A stretch of DNA of 30,199 nucleotides from a virus (lineage: Duplodnaviria; Caudoviricetes), in IMG/VR virus record IMGVR_UViG_3300049854_000037, positions 1-30,199 of that record, one strand, 5' to 3'. Shown one piece after another: positions 1 to 7,800 of the stretch. The position numbers and the translations under genes are program-made. The notes under the pieces are model-generated. The model saw only the letters and a list, made by a program, of their open reading frames with translations. It ran no database searches and was not told the DNA's origin. Numbering within the stretch: the first letter of the stretch is position 1; the number at the start of each line of letters is the position of its first letter.

Positions 1-199
1 CTATAATGGCTTTTTTCAGGCAGTCTTCATAACGCATTACGGCAAGTCTTACGGACTCTGAAATACCCGTACCGGAAGTCGGGGTAGTGAACAGGGTATC
101 ATCTATATCGGCTACGTAGGTGGTCCCTAAATCGGAAGCGCCTTGCAGTTTGAAGTATGCCAGGTTAATCATCCTGGTCTTCGAAGCGTTTGTTGCCAT
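1..199 (-). CDS. Putative tail tubular protein A / head-tail adaptor, N-terminal 66 aa (runs off the window)
   Basis: Not in the ORF track. ATG at 199 follows a G-rich RBS and reads MATNASKTRMINLAYFKLQGASD...AVMRYEDCLKKAII. This fits the I-N-x-A-x-x-x-L...Y pattern of podovirus adaptor N-termini, and the position fits too. Confidence 0.55.
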   Translation of the reverse strand, partial: MATNASKTRMINLAYFKLQGASDLGTTYVADIDDTLFTTPTSGTGISESVRLAVMRYEDCLKKAII

Positions 200-223
200 T
201 GAATAAATCCCCCCAATAAGTTG

Positions 224-3211
224 TTAAGGATCGTCGCCTGTCGATGTATAATGTGTCACGCCGCCGGAACCCGGACTGGTCCCGCCCGTCGAATCGAAGA
301 TATATACGGGCGCCCGGGCCGATCTCAGGTAGTTCCACATTTCGTAAAGGAATCCACCGTATCCCGTTCCCATGATATGAACGACATCTTTAGCAGCAGG
401 TGTGAATCCGAACGGCTCATCTACCGTTACGTTCGGGTCCGAATCTTCGTCGATATAGTAATCGTAAACGTACCTGACCTCACTATGAGCATCGGTGGCA
501 TCGGTGACCATAATGATATTGAATCCAAGAGCCTCGTTAACGTCTATACCCGCACTCAAAGTGAAGTTGTTGGCGTCGTTGGCATCTTCTATCGAAGTAT
601 CAAGAATAGTGATAAGGTCGGTCTTGTACTTAATCAAAGTGATGTTCGGGTCTAACTGCTGGACTTCACCCCCGAAACTGGCCTCAGTTGTATAGGTTGC
701 CATCAAAGCGTTCCAAATCGCCGCAGCATGCTCGGCGTCGGTATCGTAGGCCGTCGTATCGGCCAGGACATCCTCTACCGCCTGACCGTAAGTGCCCGCA
801 CCACCGTAACTGGCCGTCGCCGCGTTCCAGATCGCCGTTGCATGTTCGGCATCTGTATCATAAGCCGAGGTATCCTCAAGAATTGCAGCAACTGAGGCAG
901 TATCACCGATAATACCGAATCCCTGAACCGTCGAAAGAGTGAATACTTCCGTACCAAGTGTAACAACCGTATTATACACTTCATACAATATCAAGTCACC
1001 ATCCGCCCAGCTTGCACTGGGGAAGGTATACGTATAGTAGATACTTCCAATGCCTGCCCCCATTCCGCCTCCGTTTACGATTATAGTCCAGCCTGCATCA
1101 GTCCCTTTACGGTATCTCCATACCTTGATAAGGCCCGGTGTGGTTATTTCAACAATTTGTATCGCGGCTGCACTGGGTTTGTTTCTAACCAATCCTACTT
1201 GAACCACGACTATATCGGCCTGGTCAATCAAGGGATTGTGCATATAAGCCGGATTTGCTGTAACAATATCTGTGGAAATCAAATCGGTCTTGGCCTTAAT
1301 AGAGACCGTCTCAGCCTTCAAGGCGATTATATCCGCAGCAATATCCACTCCTGCAGCGTTTGTAATGACCGTTGTATAAATATCGTTTATCTGGTCTTGA
1401 TAGTCGGCGACAATCCACGCCTCATCAATGGTATGTATAGAAGCATCGTGTGAGTAGCAGATGATTCGAACATAGACCTGACGTGGTGCATCGCCTGTGT
1501 TGGCCCAGATTACATCAACATCCTGCCAGTCGGTATTCGTGCCATTTGAAACTGCAATAGCATCTGAATCCAAAGCCGTCTGCGTACTATTCACCAACGG
1601 GTCGGCGAATACGTCGATGATTTCCAGTCTCGGTCTCAAATCTATCGGACTTGTCGAACTGACATCAATGCCATCCGTATTGCGAATAACCGCCGAAACT
1701 TCGATGGCCGTTCCGGGAAACACCGTTGCCTGATATTGCCGGAAGCACGGATATGTTGCTACTTCAACTTCGTGGTCGTAATAAATTGTGTATCCCGTCG
1801 GCGGAGATGTAGTTTGGGAAGTAACTATGCCGCCCTTTGGCCATGCCTTGTACGCGTTGACCGAACCATCGTGGTCGAAAGATTCTGCATAATTGGCTGA
1901 TGTTCGATAGGCTCCGTTGTATTCGCTGAATTCGGTCGTTCCCGCCAAAGTACAGTTGTAGGCTTTGATATTTCCGCAACGCAGGAAATCCGCCGTAGAA
2001 CCCGAAGTTGTAATACTCCCAAGAATAATGTCGGTACATCTGCTAAAAGGATATAGGGTATTGACAAAAGCCCCCGTCACCGAACATCCGGCACAGAGAT
2101 TCAGACCAATGGAGCAACTTGTGAACGAGGCATTTATAGACGAACCCATTTCGTAAGTTAAACCAGAAGAACATCCTGAAATATCACAACCAGTTTCGAA
2201 AACATCAGCTTGACCTTGATAAACACCCGCGGCTGTAGCTCCTGAAATCAGACAGGTATCCGAGAACGTATTGCCATAACCAGCAATGACTCCGTAGGTC
2301 CCACCTGCAATCGGTCCTTCAAATGTGCATCCATAGCATCCAGTACAAACAGAACCTGCTCCGGTAACGTCTATGACTCCTGCAATCGTAGAAGTATTAA
2401 CCGCACTGAGGGCTTGTGTTCCGCTCAACCATGCCGCAATGTAATGTCCAGTGCCATTCTTAATGAGGTAATCCGTCGAATTGAAAATCTTGATATTCCG
2501 CGTGCAGAGAATCAGTTTTGTACCCGTCAATGCGGCAGAATCCATAACCGTTCCCGCCGTGACTGTAATCGCCGCTGCCGCAATACCTCCGGCGTCAATG
2601 ACTGACCGTTGTGTATCTACTCCCACGGCTGCGTCAATATCGTCAATATGAATCGTATCACCCGCCGCCCAAATATCAGTAGTGACGTTCGTATCGACGC
2701 TGATGGGGTCGGCGGCTGCACCCTCGCCTATTGCTAAGGCTTCTGTAGCCTTGACATATTTGTTCGTCGGTTCCGTACAGTAGAAATAACAATGTCCCGT
2801 AGTCGCATGGTTGACGATGGAGTTTGAACCCGCCGCAAAATCTATCGTGGCTTTAATGGCAAAAGGATAAGGCACGGCAACACTCGTACCTATTTGTATC
2901 GTGCCGTTGTTCGTCAAGTCACCATTCATCTTGAGATAATACGGGCCCGCACCCGTTGACCAAATCAGCGTGCCCGTAGCATTGATAGTCGAAGCCGCCA
3001 TTCCTGCCCAAAGGGTTTGGTCCATATCAAATGTGACCGTATCTCCGGCGGCAATGACAAAGGCATCCGTATCGACCGGAGCCGATGCGCCTACCCAGGT
3101 TGCACCCGCCGAGAAAACACCGCCGCCCGTACCGTTAGAGGTATGAGTATCAGCCCGAACCGCCGAAGTTAATAAAAATATTATCAAAAATGTCTTGACA
3201 AGGTTCTTCAT
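224..3211 (-). CDS. Large signal-peptide-bearing protein (995 aa) with a G8-like N-terminus, a Cys-rich beta-helix-like core and C-terminal repeats; spike/fibre/adhesin-like
   Basis: Likely start MKNLVKTFLIIFLLTSAVRA|D at 3211, overlapping the upstream stop (ATGA). The G8-like motif is GGGVFSAGATWVGASAP..D..VIAAGDTVTFD. About 17 Cys, mostly in a periodic G/C/S-rich segment. Confidence 0.7.
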   Translation of the reverse strand: MKNLVKTFLIIFLLTSAVRADTHTSNGTGGGVFSAGATWVGASAPVDTDAFVIAAGDTVTFDMDQTLWAGMAASTINATGTLIWSTGAGPYYLKMNGDLTNNGTIQIGTSVAVPYPFAIKATIDFAAGSNSIVNHATTGHCYFYCTEPTNKYVKATEALAIGEGAAADPISVDTNVTTDIWAAGDTIHIDDIDAAVGVDTQRSVIDAGGIAAAAITVTAGTVMDSAALTGTKLILCTRNIKIFNSTDYLIKNGTGHYIAAWLSGTQALSAVNTSTIAGVIDVTGAGSVCTGCYGCTFEGPIAGGTYGVIAGYGNTFSDTCLISGATAAGVYQGQADVFETGCDISGCSSGLTYEMGSSINASFTSCSIGLNLCAGCSVTGAFVNTLYPFSRCTDIILGSITTSGSTADFLRCGNIKAYNCTLAGTTEFSEYNGAYRTSANYAESFDHDGSVNAYKAWPKGGIVTSQTTSPPTGYTIYYDHEVEVATYPCFRQYQATVFPGTAIEVSAVIRNTDGIDVSSTSPIDLRPRLEIIDVFADPLVNSTQTALDSDAIAVSNGTNTDWQDVDVIWANTGDAPRQVYVRIICYSHDASIHTIDEAWIVADYQDQINDIYTTVITNAAGVDIAADIIALKAETVSIKAKTDLISTDIVTANPAYMHNPLIDQADIVVVQVGLVRNKPSAAAIQIVEITTPGLIKVWRYRKGTDAGWTIIVNGGGMGAGIGSIYYTYTFPSASWADGDLILYEVYNTVVTLGTEVFTLSTVQGFGIIGDTASVAAILEDTSAYDTDAEHATAIWNAATASYGGAGTYGQAVEDVLADTTAYDTDAEHAAAIWNALMATYTTEASFGGEVQQLDPNITLIKYKTDLITILDTSIEDANDANNFTLSAGIDVNEALGFNIIMVTDATDAHSEVRYVYDYYIDEDSDPNVTVDEPFGFTPAAKDVVHIMGTGYGGFLYEMWNYLRSARAPVYIFDSTGGTSPGSGGVTHYTSTGDDP
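656..883 (-). repeat. Two tandem 38-aa (114 bp) repeats in the 995-aa protein
   Basis: ILEDTSAYDTDAEHATAIWNAATASYGGAGTYGQAVED / VLADTTAYDTDAEHAAAIWNALMATYTTEASFGGEVQQ. Confidence 0.9.
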
Positions 3212-3573
3212 TGCACGAACCCCGTTCCGCCGCAAGTCGGGCATGGTTTAGGTTTATTCAGTTCTTCAAGTTTCATCGCCGCCCATTGTTTATCCGCCAA
3301 CGCCTGCCAAGTCTTGGCATCGGGGGCAGGATCGGTTACTTTGGCATTCAACGCCGGCGTGATTTTCAGTTGCTGCACTGAGTTATCCGGCATCCTTACC
3401 ATCTGATAATAAGCAATGGGCTTGTTATACATTACCCAAGTCTTTGCTTTCAGGAGTACCGGCATGGCCTCGATCGGGTCGGGCAAAGGTTCCTTCGGCT
3501 CGAATATCGCCATTCCAGCCACGCACAGCATTAGGACAATCTCAAATCGCAAATCGAAAATCGAAAATTTCAT
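3208..3573 (-). CDS. Hypothetical protein with an N-terminal hydrophobic anchor and a C-terminal CxxCxGxG motif
   Basis: 121-aa ORF with hydrophobic stretch IVLMLCVAGMAIF, ending CPTCGGTGFVQ. GGAG lies upstream of the ATG. Confidence 0.7.
   Translation of the reverse strand: MKFSIFDLRFEIVLMLCVAGMAIFEPKEPLPDPIEAMPVLLKAKTWVMYNKPIAYYQMVRMPDNSVQQLKITPALNAKVTDPAPDAKTWQALADKQWAAMKLEELNKPKPCPTCGGTGFVQ
3544..3567. repeat. Short heptamer tandem repeat (AAATCGM) x3
   Basis: aaatcgc aaatcga aaatcga aaa, encoding FSIFDLRF on the minus strand. Confidence 0.7.
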
Positions 3574-3575
3574 CG

Positions 3576-3659
3576 TTATCTCCAGGGGTCAAAAAACATC
3601 AAACCCACGCCGAATAAAAGTAACAACATAACTACTATTGTTTTTAGTATCCGTTTCAT
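3576..3659 (-). CDS. 27-aa single-transmembrane micropeptide
   Basis: Not in the ORF track. MKRILKTIVVMLLLLFGVGLMFFDPWR*. It overlaps the upstream stop (ATGA) and ends 2 nt before the next ATG, filling the gap almost exactly. Confidence 0.65.
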   Translation of the reverse strand: MKRILKTIVVMLLLLFGVGLMFFDPWR

Positions 3660-4015
3660 GCTACATCTCTCAGGTAAAGAACAACGTCCACCGTCATTCC
3701 CGTAGCGCCGGGGTCCTCGCTTGGTAAGATTGTAAAGGTACACAATTCATCCGCCAAAAAAGCATCGAAATCGGTGGAGTCGCTGGTCGCCTTATAAACC
3801 GTCGCCGCGTTGTGAGCGATCCCGGCCTGCGTAAACAACGTCCCGCCATTCTTCGAGGTAATCGTCAGTGTGGCCGTTCTCGCGTTCGTGTTGTCGTTAA
3901 TCTTGACCTCGATCTGCTCGCATAGTCCGTGCACTTCCATTGTGGGGGCAAGTGCGGCGTGTATCGTATCGAGCCAGCTTTGCTGGTCGAGGGCAATTCT
4001 TCTTACAATATCCAT
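3656..4015 (-). CDS. 119-aa beta-rich protein, paralogue B of a tandem pair (possible capsid decoration/spike-base-like)
   Basis: True start MDIVRRIALDQQ at 4015 with an AAGGAG RBS. Aligns without gaps to 4027..4386. Confidence 0.8.
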   Translation of the reverse strand: MDIVRRIALDQQSWLDTIHAALAPTMEVHGLCEQIEVKINDNTNARTATLTITSKNGGTLFTQAGIAHNAATVYKATSDSTDFDAFLADELCTFTILPSEDPGATGMTVDVVLYLRDVA

Positions 4016-4026
4016 AATTACTCCTT

Positions 4027-4386
4027 TTAGGGTACGTGTCTCAGGTAAATTGCAATATCCACATTCATCCCGGAAACACCGGGGTCCGCACTCGGCGTAA
4101 CGGTAAAGGTGCAAAGTTCGTCGGCGAGGAAGGCATCGAAATCGGCAGCATCGTTAAAGGACTTGTAAATATTCGTTTTATTTATCGTGATGGCGGCTTT
4201 TGAAAACAACGTCCCGCCGTTTTTAGAGGTAATCGCTACGGTAGGCGTTGCCGCACTTGTGGTATTATTGACCTTGACTTCGACCTGCTCGCATTTACCG
4301 TGAATCTCCATCGTCGCAGTTACCGCATCCGTGGACCCGCTTGCTATTACCTGCTGGTCGAGAGCAAATCTTCTGATTATGCTCAT
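4027..4386 (-). CDS. 119-aa beta-rich protein, paralogue A of a tandem pair
   Basis: AAAGGA RBS. 69/119 residues identical to paralogue B by manual alignment, including ITSKNGGTLF and DFDAFLADELCTFT. Confidence 0.85.
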   Translation of the reverse strand: MSIIRRFALDQQVIASGSTDAVTATMEIHGKCEQVEVKVNNTTSAATPTVAITSKNGGTLFSKAAITINKTNIYKSFNDAADFDAFLADELCTFTVTPSADPGVSGMNVDIAIYLRHVP

Positions 4387-4400
4387 AATAGTCCTTTCTT

Positions 4401-4497
4401 AAAAATGCAGGGGGGCCATTGAAGGAAGGCGAGCAAAGGCCACCCCTGCTCATAAACATTTCAAGGGCAGGCGGGGCCTTTCGGCCCCACCCATCCC
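4401..4497 (-). terminator. Double-hairpin intergenic element; probable intrinsic terminator or attenuator
   Basis: Minus strand hairpin GGG.TGGGTGGGGCC-GAAA-GGCCCCGCCTGCCC (4465-4497). A second stem GCAGGGG(T)GGCC..20 nt..GGCCCCCCTGC (4407-4449) follows and is trailed by ATTTTT. Confidence 0.7.
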
Positions 4498-4524
4498 GAA
4501 TAGAAAACCATGACAGTCATAGTT

Positions 4525-4824
4525 TTACTTTTGTTCCACGGGCGGTTGCGGAGAAGCCTTCAGGGAAAGTTCGGCAATCTCAAGTTGAAGTTTCATAATG
4601 TCCCGCGTTAAATGCTTCTCTTCCTCCAGGACTCTCAACTGCCCAATTCTTACTTTCAAATCAGCCATCGCCTTTTCTTCAGGCGTCGGCGTTACTACTA
4701 CCGGTGCTATTGGAGTTGCCGGAGCTACTATCGCCACCGGCACTTCCGCTTTCGGGGTATCCCGTTGAGGACATCCCGCTACTGCCACGAGCAGTAAAAT
4801 CGCAATGGTTTTCAATTCTTTCAT
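4525..4824 (-). CDS. Putative lipoprotein (Pro-rich linker plus coiled coil)
   Basis: MKELKTIAILLLVAVAG|C has basic N-region, hydrophobic core and lipobox VAGC. An A/P/T/V-rich linker and a heptad-like helix follow. Confidence 0.75.
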   Translation of the reverse strand: MKELKTIAILLLVAVAGCPQRDTPKAEVPVAIVAPATPIAPVVVTPTPEEKAMADLKVRIGQLRVLEEEKHLTRDIMKLQLEIAELSLKASPQPPVEQK

Positions 4825-4846
4825 ACTGCTTCCTTTCTAAATAGGG

Positions 4847-7800
4847 TTAATTAGGATTGTTCTGCTCATGTGCGGCAGAATAATCAATATACGTAATAAA
4901 CACGCCCCAGCGCCCGGCAGACAACGTATCGAAATTATCTCCTGGAACTATGTTGAAATATACAGTTCTCGGAGCATTTGTAGCTGCAACTAATGGTCCC
5001 GATGCCGCTGCTGTTGCATTGATTTCGTCCACCGAATCAATGACAACTGTACCAAGAAGTTGGGCGCCGCCGGCGGCCGTACCAAGATCGAGACTTGTTA
5101 ATTCGTCCGGGTCGGCTCCGCTTGAAACCAATGTCTCAAAACATCTTATCTGGGCGGATATTACCTCGGCATAAGCCGGGATAATAGCGCCAAGGCTAAT
5201 AGTCTGTTCTGTTACATTACCAACAGACGTACATGAAAAATCATCCGTAGTCCCAGCGGCAACGGCATCGACGGTCTTAACGACGGTCTTCACCATATAC
5301 ATGATGTCGCCCGACGTATCATCCACAATGTCATCCGCTTTAATATCACCGACATTAACCATGTTATGATCTGAGATACTGACCGCACCAAGAGTACCGC
5401 TCGGATTGAGAACAATCGCATCCGCAGCAGATTCAGTCGCTACCAGGTTGATCGAACCGCCGGTATCCGTAATAGTAATGTCCTCGGTGGCAGCCCCGGC
5501 AGCGCTAATTGTAATACCATCCGCAGCATCAATATCCATACCACCGGCCGTAGCGTTGATTATCAAGGCGTCCGTATCGGAATTGCCACTCGAAGAAAGT
5601 ACGAGACTTGCATCGATCGCAATTCCGGCCTGGGAAACAGTAAAATCCTCAGCAGCTTCAGTTGCCGTTACGGTAATATTGGAAGTTCCCGTTCCGTCGA
5701 TACTGAACAAGTCACCATCAACTGTGAAATCGGCACTTGCCCCCGTGCCATCGATATCCAGGTTACCAGTCCCAAAGTCGATATCTATACCGCCGGCCGC
5801 ATTGTTTGCATTGAACCAGATAGCTTTGGCATCTGCTTCTCCACCTTCAAGATAGACCGAACCCAAAGCACTATCGAGGTCGATATCTGAACCGGCAGCA
5901 CTGGTATCTAAGGAGATCGCTTTGGACGCGTCGATGTCTATACCGCCAAGTGTGGCATCAATGTTGAAGGCGTCCGTGCCTGTACCGGCACTATTAGTAA
6001 AGACAATCGTTTCAGTGATTCCGACGTTAGTGACTAAAGAAATCGCCGAAGCCGCATTGTCCAAACTGGTAATAAGGACCTGGCCGCCCTGAATTGCCAC
6101 ATTTTTGGCGGCGGCAGCGTCAATATCCACACCACCCGCAACAGACTGTAAGGAAATGGCCGCTTCATCCGTACCTGGAGTATTCGTCAGGGTAATGACA
6201 GCAGTTGCAGCCGTTCCGGCCGCAACATCTACTTTGACCATTTCCTTGGCGTTAATGTCGACTCCACCGGCCGTTGAGGTAAGAACAACAGCACCATTGG
6301 CAGTACCAGCCGCGTTGACCATCGATATAATCTCCGATGCCGGTGTGGCGCTCGGAGTGACTTTGAAATAAGTATCGCTGGCAGCGTTACCGAGTATCAG
6401 GTTTTTCTCGTCCGCAATCTTAGCCGTCATACCTCCGGCGGTCGCCGTTAAAGTTATTGCCGTGTCGGCAGTACCCGCTGCGTTGACTACTGAAATTATC
6501 TCGGTAGCTGGGGTCCCATGCGGTGCAACTTGAATGTAAGTATCACCGCCTTCACTGCCAAGTTTCAGGGTGCTGGCGTCATTTACCGTCATATTGATAC
6601 CGCCGGCAAGGGCCGTCATGGTAATGGCCGTGGCGGCGGTACCTGCCGTATTGACGATATTTACATACTCCGTAGCCGGTGTGGCATGTCCTGCAACCTC
6701 AAAATAAGCATCTGCATCGGCGTTACCTAATTTCAGGCTTTTGCCGTCCGCCACCTTCGCGGTAATGCCACCGGCAGTCGCTATAAGGCCAATGGCCGAA
6801 GCGTCCGTACCGGCGGCAGATTGGATAGTAAGTAATCCGCCCGCGGCAGTTGTCTCAAGTCTGATAGCATCGGCGGCACTCAAACCGGAAGTAAGGCCGA
6901 TACCGCCAACCTGGCTATAGAGTTGAATGGAAGCGTCCGTCTGAGTAGTAGATGAGGCGGTCGTTCCGAGTATGTTCTGGACGGTAATCTGGCCGTTAGT
7001 ACCCTGAGCCTCGATACGTATAGCATCAGCAGCGGCAAGACCCGAAGCCAAACCGATACCACCGGCCGGAGTATAAAGTTGAATAGCTGCTACTTCGGCC
7101 GTCGTAACGGAAACGCCCGTACCGTTGGTATTCTTGATTGAAATCAAGTCACCGGCAGCACCGGCAGCATCAATGGTTATAGGACCGCTGGCTGCATCAA
7201 TATCGATACCGCCAACCTTGGCCGTAAGAGCAATTTCGCCATTAGTACCGTCGGCTGTAAGGAGAATTGCATCGGCAGCACTTTCAGTTCCGGTAATTAG
7301 CACTCGACCAGCCTGGGCATCGATAATGATGTCCTTGGCCGTCGTATTGGTAATCGTTACATCTCCGGCAGTTGCCGCCATGTTGATACCGGATGTACCG
7401 GCATCAATATCAATACCACCAGCCGCAGCCTGCAAGGATATTGCGGCGGCCCCCGTACCTGCTGCTGTCGCTGTAATTCCCGCTCCTGATACGGCACCAG
7501 TCTGAGTAAGAGCAAGTAAATCGCCCGAAGCCGTGGAAGCAACAGTGATAACAATGTCGTCCTTGGCGTCAATATCCAAACCGCCTGCAAGAGACTGCAA
7601 GGCTATCGTATTGGCTGTAGTACCTTCCGAATCTATCAGAATGTGGTTGTCTGTGGCCCCGGTCGTTTGGATGATAATGTCTTCGCCCGTACTTCCGGCT
7701 GTGACTTCAAGAATCAAGTCATCCGTAGAGACTATGGAGATAATCCCATCATTGGTCGTGTCAATGTCAATACCGCCGGATGCACCTGTGACCTGAAGAC

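Noticed and set aside
3212-3244. Upstream start MPDLRRNGVRA for the 1006-aa ORF
   Set aside because: It lies inside the preceding gene. The ATG at 3211 gives ATGA coupling and a canonical signal peptide.
3656-4386. Diversity-generating retroelement TR/VR pair (suggested by the BPP-1-like gene order)
   Set aside because: Both copies are intact genes with their own RBS, the differences are not confined to adenines, and no reverse transcriptase is in the window.
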